This document shows, piece after piece, positions 36,401 to 49,500 of a stretch of DNA of 64,000 bases (positions within the stretch are counted from its first letter, which is position 1; each line of letters begins with the position of its first letter). Source of the stretch: Balanoglossus misakiensis (lineage: Eukaryota > Animalia > Hemichordata). The stretch covers positions 9,842,844-9,906,843 of the forward strand of contig CM082588.2 of NCBI GenBank assembly GCA_040954595.2. The letters run 5' to 3'. Under the pieces are notes generated by a model. It ran no database searches. It saw nothing but the letters and a program-made list of their open reading frames with translations, and was not told where the DNA came from. Position numbers and translations under genes: made by a program.

Positions 36401-39400
36401 TCGATCTACAGAGTCTAGTGGAAAACTAATTGATACTGGAGCAAATATTACTGTAGCTCCTATTCGGTTGTTAGAGCTAGTACCCGCTCTTAAGAATTAT
36501 CCGATGTTCAAGTCCAGATATAATTGTGTACAACCGGCAAACGAAGACAAATTGAAGGTATTTGGATTGATGAAAATACCTGCTTTTATTGGGAATAAGC
36601 GCGTAAAACTGTATGTTAATTTAGTTGAGTCTCTTCAGCATAATCTGATTTTGGGACTTGATTTTATGAAGCGTTATAGAGCTGTTATTGATTTCATGGG
36701 TAATATTTTAAGATTACAATCAGACGTACCGTTAAGAACCAATGTTGATGTTAACATTCCACCTGGTGAAAGTACCGTATAAATATCTTACTGGAGTTTT
36801 AGGTTGTATTTCTGATAAATGAACACGCTTAACCCCGGGTATTTTGGTAGCTAAGCCTATTCGAATAAGAATTTTCTTCCCATACGTGTTCTGCGCCTCA
36901 CAACAGAATTCGGTAAATAAACGAGGCTGTTTGGAAGCAACCAAGGAAATGTTAGAACTATCCGTCGATCTACAGAGTCTGGTGGAAAACGTTCTTATGC
37001 GCATAGGCCTATAATGTGTTCTGCGCCTCACAACTATATTCGGAAATAAACGAGGGTGTTTGGAAGCAACCATGGAAATTTTAGAACTATCTCTCGATCT
37101 ACAGAGTCTATAGTGGAAAACTTTCTTATGCACATATGCCTATCTATGTGTTCTGTGCCTCAAAACAGAATTCCGTAAATAAACGAGGCTGTTTGGAAGC
37201 AAACATGGAAATTTTAGAACTATCTCTCGATCTACAGAGTATAGTGGAAAACGTTCATATGCGCATAGGCATATGTATGTGTTCTACGCATCACAACAGA
37301 ATTCGGTAAATAAACGAGGCTGTTTGGAAACAACCATGGAAATTTTAGAACTATCCGTTGATCTAAAGTTGAAAAGTTTCTTATGCGCATAGGCCTATCT
37401 ATGTGTTCTGCGCCTCCCAACAGAATTCCGTAAATACACGAGGCTGTGTTTGGAAGCAACCATGGAAATTTTAGAACTATCCGTCGATCTACAGAGTCTA
37501 GTGGAAAACGTTCTTATGCGCATAGGCCTATCTATGTGTTCTGCGCATCACAATAGAATTTTGTAAAAAAACGAGGATGTGTTTGGAAGCAACCATGGAA
37601 ATTTAAGAACTATCCTCGATCTACAGAGTATAGTGGAAAACGTTCATATGCGCATAGGCCTATCTATGTGTTCTGCGCATCACAACAGAATTTTGTAAAC
37701 AAACGAGGCTTTGTTTGGAAGCAACCATGGAAATTTTAGAACTATCCGTTGATCTAAAGTTGAAAAGTTTCTTATGCGCATAGGCCTATCTATGTGTTCA
37801 GCGCATCACAACAGAATTGTGTAAATAAACGAGGCTGTGTTTGGAAACAACCCTGGAAATTTTAGAACTATCTCTCGATCTACAGTGACTAGTGGAAAAC
37901 TTGCTTATGCACATAGGCCTATCTATATGTTCTGCGCATCACAACAGAATTCGGTAAATAAACGAGGCTGTATTTGGAAGCAACCATGGAAATTTTAGAA
38001 CTATCCGTCGATCTACAGAGTCTAATGGAAAACGTTCTTACGCACATAGGCCTATCTAAGTGTTATGCGCATCACAACAGAATTTTATAAACAAACGAGG
38101 CTTTGTTTGGAAGCAACCATGGACATTTTAGAACTATCCGTCGATCTACAGTGGAAAACTATCTTATGCGCATTGCCCTATCTATGTATTCTGCTCATCA
38201 CAACATAATTTTGTAAACAAAAAAGGGTGTGTTTGGAAGCAACCATTGAAATTTTAAAACTATCTCTTGATTTACAGAGTCTAGTGGAAAACTTTCTTTG
38301 CACATAGACCTATGTATGTGTTCTGCGCCTCAAAACAGAATTCCGTAAATAAACGAGGCTGTTTGGAAGAAACCATGGAAATTTTAGAACTATCTCTCGA
38401 TCTACAGAATCTAGTGGAAAACTTTATTATGCGCATAAACCTATCTATGTGTTCTGCGCATCACAACATAATTCAGTAAACAAACGAGGCGGGGTTTGGA
38501 AGCAACCATGGAAATTTTAGAAATATCTCTCGATCTACAGAGTCTAGTGGAAAACTTTGTTATGCGCATAGGCCTATCATGTGTTATGCGCATCACAACA
38601 GAATTTTGTAAACAAACGAGGCGGGGTTTGGAAGTAACCATGGAAATTTTAGAACTATCTCTCGATCTACAGAGTCTAGTGGAAAACATTCTTATGCGCA
38701 AAGGCCTATCTATGTGTTCTGCGCCTCAAAACAGAATTCCGTAAATAAACGAGGCTGTTTGGAAGCAAACATGGAAATTTTACAGCTATCCGTCGATCTA
38801 CAGAGTCTAGTGGAAAACGTTCTTATGCGCATAGGCCTATATATGTGTTCTGCGCATCACAACAGAATTCGGTAAACAAACGAGGCGGGGTTTGGAAGCA
38901 ACCATGGGAATTTTAGAACTATCCGTCGATCTACAGAGTATAGTGGAAAACGTTCTTATTCGCATAGGCCTATCATGTGTTATGCGCATCACAACAGAAT
39001 TTTGTAAACAAACGAGGCGGGGTTTGGAAGCAACCATGGAAATTTGAGAACTATCCGTCGATCTACAGAGTCTAGTAGAAAACTTTCTTATGCGCATAGG
39101 CCTATCATGTGTTATGCGCATCACAACAGAATTTTGTAAACAAACGAGGCTTTGTTTGGAAGCAACCATGGAAATGTTAGAACTATCTCTCGATCTACAG
39201 AGTCTAGTGGAAAACTTACTTATGCACATAGGCCTATGTATGTGTTCTGCGCCTCAAAACAGAATTCTGTAAATAAACGAGGCTGTTTGGAAGCAACCAT
39301 GGAAATTTTAGAACTATCCGTCGATCTACAGAGTCTAGTGGAAAACTTTCTTATGCACATAGGCATATCTATGTGTTCTGTGCCTCACAACAGAATTTAG

Positions 39401-39465
39401 TAAATAAACGAGGCTGTTTGGAAGCAACCATGGAAATTTTAGTTAGGAAAGGATTTAAACGCTTA

Positions 39466-40599
39466 GGGACCTTTAATTTTTTTCGGCTTGGGGGGGGGGC
39501 AAGTTTGTGTCATGGGTTTTCAAAATCAGGCCGACTCCCCCTTCACCCAGGACCAAAAAATGATGACCCCCCCCCCTTTGACAAGCCAAAAAATATGATG
39601 ATCCCTCCCCGCGCCGACAACATTTGCCGTCCTGGTCCACACCTCAATTATACATTTCTTAAAGTAATTGAAGTTTATAATAGTATATCGCTGCAAAAAA
39701 GAATGAATACTGAATAAATTAAAATGACAAGTCAATACAATAGTTGGTAGGATTGGTAAAACAAGAAAAGTGGCAGGGGTGGGTGTGGCAGGGGTTGTCC
39801 CCCTCCCAGATAAGAACATTTTGAAAAATAACGGGCTGAAAGTTGCATTTTAATGAACTCAAAAGCAAATTAAAGGGACAAAGTCTCTCTCTCGCTGCCC
39901 TTTTTCCATGAATTATGTTTGATACAAGACACTGTTTATGTTATTCTACATGTGGTTATATTGTGAATTGATGTTTGACCACATACAACTGCCATCCTGT
40001 TTGTAGGATATGAGAGTAAAAATGTTGCCAAAATGAATAAATGGTAAACACTGATTATTCATTTTGGCAAGTTTTTCACTCTTGTGTCTACAAGTTGGAT
40101 GGAAGTTGTGTGTGGTTGAACGTTGATCACTTTGTGTCCACAATGTAGAATAACATAAAGGTGTCTTGTATCAAACATAACCAATTGAATAAAGGGCAAC
40201 GAGAGAGAGACTTTGTCCCTTTAACTCAATATTGGGGAGGACCAATTTGACTTTTGCCACTCCACTCAAAGTACGCATCGGTGTGGTGGGGTGGCAAGTA
40301 GTCTGCCCTTGTACACTAGACAAACCAGGCAATAAATGAAATGTGGCGAAGAATGGAGGGGTGGGTGTGGGATGGGGTGTCCCCCTCCCACATTAGAAAA
40401 TCTTGTAAAATAAAGGGCGCGAAACTGCAATTTTGTGGACTCAAAAGCAAAAGTTTTGTGGCAAAAGTATGTGACCCCCCCCCCTAAACGGTTTTAAAAA
40501 AAAGATTACCCCACTTTCGGACTTCAAAATTTAAGTGACCCCCCCCCCTTGGATTTTGCCACCCCCCCCCAGCCGTAAAAACTGGTCATGAATGGTCCC
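39466..40599. mobile_element. PIF/Harbinger-type MITE
   Basis: GGGACC...GGTCCC termini with subterminal poly-G/poly-C; TTA duplicated at 39463-39465 and 40600-40602. Confidence 0.75.
39874..40220. mobile_element. Palindromic TTAA-targeting MITE (Kolobok-like), nested in the Harbinger MITE
   Basis: TTAA|AGGGACAAAGTCTCTCTCTCG...CGAGAGAGAGACTTTGTCCCT|TTAA; the interior is also largely self-complementary. Confidence 0.85.
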
Positions 40600-42119
40600 T
40601 TAGCCATAAACGCGCCTTCCAGTAATAAATTTGAAGAATAAGAGATCCTCTCCGTAGATAGGCCTTATTGGGGGTCAAAACTACCGAAAGAAGACCCTGC
40701 CCTAACTCCCCTTTTAAACCAACTAATTCACACCGGGTTAGTTTTATTACTTTCATATTTGAATGCAAATTAAAATGCCGCAGGAAATTCTGCTGGCGTC
40801 CTTAGGATACGAGATCGGGAAATTTCAAAAGTTCCGCAGAATATACCCCAAGAGGGCGCTGTTGCTGACCTTCGACCCGTTGCCTTTGACCCGTTCAGTG
40901 TCTTTGTTGTAAACACATGTGTGACATGCAGGCTAGCGAATCTGTCAGTTTTTTTCTGTCGTCAACTCCAATGTCGCCTTTTCTATGGACGTTACTTGGC
41001 CAGTGTTCGTTACACATCCAGGACGGTGTCATATTTCTCTGAAAGAAAAGCGGAAAACATGCGAAGCCAAGGAGCGAGCAACCAGCTGTTTTCTGCAAGT
41101 CATGGGTTCAGGCCCCCCCCCCCCCCACACTGTCCACCATCACTATTCCTATATACAGATTTGGCGGCGTGAGTATTGAAACATTACAGTATTTAGTGTG
41201 TTTTAAGATATCACAGATCGTTTTCACGACTTAATGTGTGGGTTGAATCACATTCGTCGAAATAACACTGCTGTAGTCCCCTGATGAAGTCCGTAAACAA
41301 GGTAAGCTTGAGACATGGACGATCGACAATCAATTTCCGCTGTTGATTTCGCCCTATCGCAACTCAGTAACTGGGGCCGAGTGATGCTCCATACATTAAA
41401 GTTCATGACTATTGACACCAATTGCAAAATATCAATGTTAAGGCGTGCTTTCAGAGAATATTCAACCAGAAAACCGACAACAATTGATGACCTCGTGTGA
41501 CCTTTACTGGTTGAATCAGGCGACCACTGCAGTGTGATTCCAACGTTTGTGGGAAGACCACAGGGAGCTCTTCCTCCTGCTTTGCAGTGTGTGTTTGTTT
41601 AATATAATAATGTGTGACAAAAATAGGTATGTTTACAAATATGGTCATGATTGTTTGTTTGTTGAGAGGTTAAGGGGATTAACCCTTTCTGTGGAATATA
41701 CCCACAAAGGTGAACAAATTTATAAAAAAAAACATATTTTTCACAGAGTTGTTTTATTATATCCGCATTGCATCCAGCATGATCGCAGAAAACATCACCA
41801 ATAATCCAAAATTGGAGTTGATGGCTTTATTTGGGACTATCATTATTTGGTTATAGTCCATGGGCCAGCGACCGACAAACTCCCCCCCCCCCCCCCCCCC
41901 CCCCCCGGCACCCAAGGAGTTTTTTTGCAGACATATATTTGGGAAAGCCTGTTTATCCAGCTGTCAGAATGAGGTTGTTTGCACTCAAATTAATGATTGG
42001 TGTGGCTGTGAGGAGCGGTTGTCATAGTAATGATAGCATAATTTTAGGGGTATTCATAAAGTTAAAAAATAAAATATTTCAGGATCTGAGAAAGCTAGAG
42101 ATAAAATTCAAACATTCAG

Positions 42120-45049
42120 TATGGGGGCCCGTTCTGGTCAAAATTGTAGTTTATTAATAAAACGTGTTAGAATTAATTTTATAGAGCCTGGAATTAATTT
42201 TACCAGTATATAGAATTATTTTTTATGTGCTTTAATTATTTTTTGTTGTCATGCAGAATTAATTTTATGTGTTCTAAATAATTATTTTAGCTTATCTTTG
42301 TTAGAAATAATTTTGCCAACATCTCAAATTTTTTTTACGTGTAGACTCGAATTAATTTCAGGTGTAGTGTCGAATTAATATCACGTGTTTGGTCGAATTA
42401 ATTTCAAGTGTTGTGTCGAATTAATTTTACGTTGTGTCGAATTAATATTGCCCCCACAATCCTTTGCGCGTAAATCAAGATGGCGGCGGCTGAGCATGTC
42501 TTTCTCGCTGCATAAAGTTCAAAAATGCGCCGTTGTACAAGTTGTGAGACGTTTTGGGGTGATTTGCTGTCCAATATAAATGCAGTGTGCTCGATAACGG
42601 CGATCAGACAGAATTTTCTAGTCAAACCACTCAAAACCACTACCAGTTGGTGTAATCGCCTGCCTTGCTATGGTCTATAGCCCAGCTCTGCGTACAGTGT
42701 TCTTGGCGTGGAGGCCGTGACATGGCGGGAACACACAGACATGTACGCAGAGCTAGCTGTTGTCCCGCGTTGCCAGTTCGCCTCGATTGAATAAATTTTG
42801 ACATCTGAACATACGAAAATTGTGTTAATTTGTAATTTTCAGAACTAAGAAATAGCTGTAGGGCCCAGATCGCGGGAAACGGCGAATAAAATATTCCTTA
42901 ATATTTCCTTGTAAACTCAAGTTTTGTATAAATAAATTTGAATTAAAAGTCTCTCTCTACATAACCATATTTAATTGGAAATTGGATAGCTTGCATTCTA
43001 GATTTACAACTGATAAGATAGGGTGTGGGGCATAGACAGTAGAAGGGTTGACCCCGAAGTCTCCACCTCCTGTAGGCTGCATTCACAAACACCTCTGGAG
43101 GGGGGGGGGGGGGGGAATTCAATTATTTTTTGTAGTCATGCAGATTTAATTTTATGTGTTCTAAATAATTATTTTAGCTTATCTTTATCTTTATCAACAT
43201 ATCGAATTATTTTTACGTGTAGACTCGAATTAATTATAGGTGTAGTGTCGAATTAATATCACGTGTTTAGTCGAATTAATTTCACGTTGTGTCGAATAAA
43301 TATTGCCCCCACAATCCTGTGCGCGTAAATCAAGATGGCGGCGGCTGAGCATGTCTTTCTCGCCGCATAAGTTCGAAAAGGGGCCATTGTACAAGTTGTG
43401 AGACGTTTTGGGGCGGTTTGCTGTCCAATATAAATGCAGTGTGCTCGATAACGGATAATGCAGTTTCGCGCCCTTTATTTTACAAAATTTTCTAATACCC
43501 ACCCCCTCCATTCATCAACACCTTTCAATCATTGACTGGTTTATCTAGTGTCCCAGGTCAGGGGACTTGCCCCAACCTCATGATAACTTTGAGCGGCGAC
43601 GGTTAAATTTGTCCTCCCCAACATACCGGTAGTTGAGTTAATTTGCTTTTGCCGGGTTCATTAAAATGCAGCTTTGAGCTCTGGATTTTATAAAATTTTC
43701 TTACGTGGGAGGGGGAAACCCCTCCCAAACCCACCCCCTTCAATTCTCGGTTTACAATGTCTCCCAACACAGAATACAAATACTTAAAAATAAAAACAAT
43801 GTTCAGTTTTAATACCCACTGTTGAGGGGAAACATCAGTTTAAAAATCTTTTCATCGGAGCGCTGTTTTTCTTTTTTTTACAAGATAGATAGGTGATGTG
43901 TTTTGCTCTGTGAAAGAAAATGGAGGGGGGGGGGGGTGTTCAAAATTTTGGCAGTTCGGAAGGGGGATTTGAAAATATTTCGGGTTCACGGTTGTGCACG
44001 GGGGGCATGTGAAAATTAGCGGTAAAAAAATTGAATTCCCCCCCCCTCCAGAGGTGTTTGTGAATGCAGCCTACAGGAGGTGGAGACTTCGGGGTCAACC
44101 CCTCTACTGTCTATGCCCCACACCCTATCTTATCAGTTGTAAATCTAGAATGCAAGCTATCCAATTTCCAATTAAATATGGTTATGTAGAAGAGAGAGAC
44201 TTTTAATTCAAATTTATTTATACAAAACTTGAGTTTACAAGGAAATATTAAGGAATATTTTATTTGCCGTTTCCCGCGATCTGGGCCCTACAGCTATTTC
44301 TTAGTTCTGAAAATAACAAATTAACACAATTTTCGTATGTTCAGATGTCAAAATTTATTCAATCGAGACGAACTGGCAACGCGGGACAACAGCTAGCTCT
44401 GCGTACATGTCTGTGTGTTCCCGCCATGTCACGGCCTCCACGCCAAGAACACTGTACGCAGAGCTGGGCTATACCATACATGTAGCAAGGCTGGCGATTA
44501 CACCAACTGATAGTGGTTTTGAGTGGTTTGACTAGAAAATTCTGTCTGTAGACCAAAACTCGTGCACCGATCGCCGTTATCGAGCACACTGTATTTATAT
44601 TGGACAGCAAATCGCCCCAAAACGTCTCACAACTTGTACAACGGCCCCTTTTTGAACTTTATGCAGCGAGAAATACGTGCTCAGCCGCCGCCATCTTGAT
44701 TTACGCGCAAAGGATTGCGGGGGCAATATTAATTCGACACAACGTAAAATTAATTTGACACAACACGTGAAATTAATTCGACCAAACACGTGATATTAAT
44801 TCGACACTACACCTGAAATTAATTTGAGTCTACACGTAAAAATAATTTGAGATGTTGGCAAAATTAAACAAAGATAAGCTAAAATAATTATTTAGAACAC
44901 ATAAAATTAATTCTGCATGACAACAAAAAATAATTAAAGCACATAAAAAATAATTATATATACTGGTAAAATTAATTCCAGGCTCTATAAAATTAATTCT
45001 AACACGTTTTATTAATAAACCACAATTTTGACCAGAACGGGCCCCCATA
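42120..45049. mobile_element. Foldback element with ~1-kb inverted arms (42120-43124 and 44029-45049)
   Basis: TATGGGGGCCCGTTCTGGTCAAAATTG...CAATTTTGACCAGAACGGGCCCCCATA; arms align over their full length and contain ~18-20-bp GTCGAATTAATTT subrepeats; no coding capacity. Confidence 0.9.
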
Positions 45050-45929
45050 GTTCAGTCTTATAAAGTATGGTACAGGCTATCCAATGATTACATGACCGAC
45101 AAGGTCAGAGGTCAAGTTCAAACTTTGGGTCAAAGTGAAAATTTCGCTATTGTTTGCATATTAATCATACATAGTTTTGATTTACCTGAATACGGTTTAG
45201 TCGAAGAGGCTGTAAATTGGTCATCAGGGTCACCAAAATTGTAAGGGTTATCTCCTTGTTTTACCACTCATACTGATGGCTCAAATTAAAAACTCATAAA
45301 AATGTTGCTAATTTGCATATGTTATAAATTGAAATACAGCTTCAACACCCCCCCCCCCCTTAATTAAAAATATTGTATAAATCCTCTAATCATACTTTGA
45401 TATATTTCCTGTAAAATACTATGCCATGTTTTTTAGGTCCCATTTCATAACTCATTGGTAAATTGTCACAATGGGATAGAACTGGAGGGACACTCATGGA
45501 AGATGCAACTTGTACTAGACATGTTCCTGTGTAGTGCCCCTCCAGTTGGCCTACAGCTATCCCACAACCCACCGTGTTTCCAAGATGGCGGTAAAGACAA
45601 ACCTTCCCTATAGCATGTTCCAGTAGCATGCATCAGAATGTGTGCTCTATGCTGAAAGTGAATTTTTTGTTAGATACCTTAACATCTTTCATTGAATGTT
45701 TAATGTAGTCTGTCTGCAGTTGACAAGAATCTAAATAGTCAAACACGAAAGAGAACTTTTCTAAAATAAAATAATTATGAAGAAAGGTACAACGATAGAG
45801 AGTGTGACTTAAATTGCTAATCTCATATACAGTCAATTCAAATTACAGGTTGTTATTTTCATTCCTGACACACTTCCTAATAGACCCCTTAACTTCTCCC
45901 GATTAGAACATGGTTATCATAGTCAGTCA

Positions 45930-46050
45930 AGAGATAACAATATTCTTCATTCTCCAAAATATAACAATCGGTTAGGTCAGATTTTAATCAAATTTGTTGG
46001 TCCCACACTTTGGAATAGCATTCCAGAAAGAATAAAAAATATTCACCCTC
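45930..46050 (+). mobile_element. LINE (CR1/L2-like) ORF2 3'-end remnant, present in each 1567-bp unit
   Basis: Translates ...PKYNNRLGQILIKFVGPTLWNSIPERIKNI, resembling the G..LWNSLP..IK C-terminus. Confidence 0.6.
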
Positions 46051-46165
46051 ATTACAATGTACAAATGAAATAAAACATTACTTGTTACTTGGTTTATAAT
46101 ATTTCATTGACACAAGTTTAATAAAAATGACAACAGACATTGATTTGAATACAAATATCTGTGGC

Positions 46166-46569
46166 TAATAGAATCTCACACTCCCAAGGACCTGGGATTG
46201 TATTTCTCACATGACTTGGGGAATTTCTGTCCCACTCGTGCCGCAGGCGAGTGTGGGGCAAAATATCCCTGACGAGTGTGAGAAATATGATCCCAGGTCC
46301 TTGGTGTGTGAGATTATATTTCTCACATGGTCACAAATTAGACATATTCGTTAAAAATGTTGAATAAATTACTCTGGAACTGTCGTCTGGCATGTTGTAG
46401 TCTCTCTCCCTATATACACATCGCCCCATTGGATAACATTATGCACGCGTTAGCGAAAGAACACTTTGTCAACCAATCAGCGCTCGATTCTGTGAGAGTG
46501 TGGGATCAATTTGTTCTCACACTCCGATCTCAAACTCCAATCGTGGCAGGAGTGTGAGAAAGTAGTATA
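46166..46569. mobile_element. Non-autonomous Crypton-like element, present in each 1567-bp unit
   Basis: Long hairpin at one end (AATCTCACAC.CCAAGGACCTGGGAT...ATCCCAGGTCCTTGGTGTGTGAGATT), AACCAATCAGCGC near the other end, no evident TSD. Confidence 0.45.
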
Positions 46570-49500
46570 TTGGCTGTCAATATGTAACACACCAGTATTC
46601 AAGAATGTAGACAGTGTGTTTGTCAATACAGCCAAGCAATACATCATTTGAATATTCATGTGTATAATCCAGTGGTTTTTCTCATGACAGGTTTAACACT
46701 GACACTGAGAGACATAGGCACAGCAAAGAGAGTGACCTTCTATGGACCACCTAGATTGGTATGTACATTTCAACTCTTTTCACTATTGGCTGTACTATAC
46801 ATGCTACTTTAGTTGCATCTTTGCCACTAAAGAGATACCTATGGGGGCCCGTTCTGGTCAAAATTGTAGTTTATTAATAAAACGTGTTAGAATTAATTTT
46901 ATAGAGCCTGGAATTAATTTTACCAGTATGTAGAATTATTTTTTATGTGCTTTAATTATTTTTTGTTGTCATGCAGAATTAATTTTATGTGTTCTAAATA
47001 ATTATTTTAGCTTATCTTTGTTAGAAATAATTTTGCCAACAATATCCCAAATTATTTTTACGTGTACAATCGAATTAATTACAGGTGTAGTGTCGAATTA
47101 ATTACAGGTGTAGTGTCGAATTAATTTTACGTGTTGTGTCATGTTTCCAAGATGGCAGTAAAGACAAACCTTCCCTATAGCATGTTCCGGTAGCATGCAT
47201 CAGGATGTGTGCTCCATGCTGAAAGTGAATTTTTTGTTAGATACCTTAACATCTTTCATTGAATGTTTAATGTAGTCTGCCTGCAGTTGACAAGAATCTA
47301 ATTAGTCAAACACAAAAGAGAACTTTTCTAAAATACAATAATTATGAAGAAAGGTACAAAGATAGAGAGTGTGACTTAAATTGCTAATCTCATATACAGT
47401 CAATTCAAATTACAGGTTGTTATTTTCATTCCTGACACACTTCCTAATAGACCCCTTAACTTCTCCCGATTAGAACATGGTTATCATAGTCAGTCAAGAG
47501 ATAACAATATTCTTCATTCTCCAAAATATAACAATCGGTTAGGTCAGATTTTAATCAAATTTGTTGGTCCCACACTTTGGAATAGCATTCCAGAAAGAAT
47601 AAAAAATATTCACCCTCATTACAATGTACAAATGAAATAAAACATTACTTGTTACTTGGTTTATAATATTTCATTGACACAAGTTTAATAAAAATGACAA
47701 CAGACATTGATTTGAATACAAATATCTGTGGCTAATAGAATCTCACACTCCCAAGGACCTGGGATTGTATTTCTCACATGACTTGGGGAATTTCTGTCCC
47801 ACTCGTGCCGCAGGCGAGTGTGGGGCAAAATATCCCTGACGAGTGTGAGAAATATGATCCCAGGTCCTTGGTGTGTGAGATTATATTTCTCACATGGTCA
47901 CAAATTAGACATATTCGTTAAAAATGTTGAATAAATTACTCTGGAACTATCGTCTGGCATGTTGTAGTCTCTCTCCCTATATACACATCGCCCCATTGGA
48001 TAACATTATGCACGCGTTAGCGAAAGAACACTTTGTCAACCAATCAGCGCTCGATTCTGTGAGAGTGTGGGATCAATTTGTTCTCACACTCCGATCTCAA
48101 ACTCCAATCGTGCCAGGAGTGTGAGAAAGTAGTATATTGGCTGTCAATATGTAACACACCAGTATTCAAGAATGTAGACAGTGTGTTTGTCAATACAGCC
48201 AAGCAATACATCATTTGAATATTCATGTGTATAATCCAGTGGTTTTTCTCATGACAGGTTTAACACTGACACTGAGAGACATAGGCACAGCAAAGAGAGT
48301 GACCTTCTATGGACCACCTAGATTGGTATGTACATTTAAACTCTTTTCACTATTGGCTGTACTATACATGCTACTTTAGTTGCATCTTTGCCACTAAAGA
48401 GATACCTATGGGGGCCCGTTCTGGTCAAAATTGTAGTTTATTAATAAAACGTGTTAGAATTAATTTTATAGAGCCTGGAATTAATTTTACCAGTATGTAG
48501 AATTATTTTTTATGTGCTTTAATTATTTTTTGTTGTCATGCAGAATTAATTTTATGTGTTCTAAATAATTATTTTAGCTTATCTTTGTTAGAAATAATTT
48601 TGCCAACAATATCCCAAATTATTTTTACGTGTACAATCGAATTAATTACAGGTGTAGTGTCGAATTAATTACAGGTGTAGTGTCGAATTAATTTTACGTG
48701 TTGTGTCATGTTTCCAAGATGGCAGTAAAGACAAACCTTCCCTATAGCATGTTCCGGTAGCATGCATCAGGATGTGTGCTCCATGCTGAAAGTGAATTTT
48801 TTGTTAGATACCTTAACATCTTTCATTGAATGTTTAATGTAGTCTGCCTGCAGTTGACAAGAATCTAATTAGTCAAACACAAAAGAGAACTTTTCTAAAA
48901 TACAATAATTATGAAGAAAGGTACAAAGATAGAGAGTGTGACTTAAATTGCTAATCTCATATACAGTCAATTCAAATTACAGGTTGTTATTTTCATTCCT
49001 GACACACTTCCTAATAGACCCCTTAACTTCTCCCGATTAGAACATGGTTATCATAGTCAGTCAAGAGATAACAATATTCTTCATTCTCCAAAATATAACA
49101 ATCGGTTAGGTCAGATTTTAATCAAATTTGTTGGTCCCACACTTTGGAATAGCATTCCAGAAAGAATAAAAAATATTCACCCTCATTACAATGTACAAAT
49201 GAAATAAAACATTACTTGTTACTTGGTTTATAATATTTCATTGACCCAAGTTTAATAAAAATGACAACAGACATTGATTTGAATACAAATATCTGTGGCT
49301 AATAGAATCTCACACTCCCAAGGACCTGGGATTGTATTTCTCACATGACTTGGGGAATTTCTGTCCCACTCGTGCCGCAGGCGAGTGTGGGACAAAATAT
49401 CCCTGACGAGTGTGAGAAATATGATCCCAGGTCCTTGGTGTGTGAGATTATATTTCTCACATGGTCACAAATTAGACATATTCGTTAAAAATGTTGAATA

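Larger units (their letters stand above)
15529..39442. repeat. Satellite array, ~131-bp monomer (130-133), roughly 140-145 copies, with higher-order repeats
   Basis: Monomer CTATCTATGTGTTCTGCGCCTCACAACAGAATTCGGTAAATAAACGAGGCTGTTTGGAAGCAACCATGGAAATTTTAGAACTATCCGTCGATCTACAGAGTCTAGTGGAAAACTTTCTTATGCGCATAGGC; example period 18901 to 19032. Copy number estimated by division, not counted. Confidence 0.98.

Noticed and set aside
15912-39400. Dozens of 60-220 aa ORFs on both strands of the satellite
   Set aside because: Artefacts of 130-133-bp monomers; frames shift with monomer indels and show no coding constraint.
15529-39442. CRISPR-like array
   Set aside because: Monomers are head-to-tail without unique spacers, the only insert is one fragment repeated, there are no cas genes, and the context is eukaryotic.
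41270-41330. Hammerhead ribozyme (CTGATGA-AGTCC...GGAC-GATC)
   Set aside because: The required GAAA is GATC and no convincing stem III or cleavage triplet is present; at most a decayed remnant.
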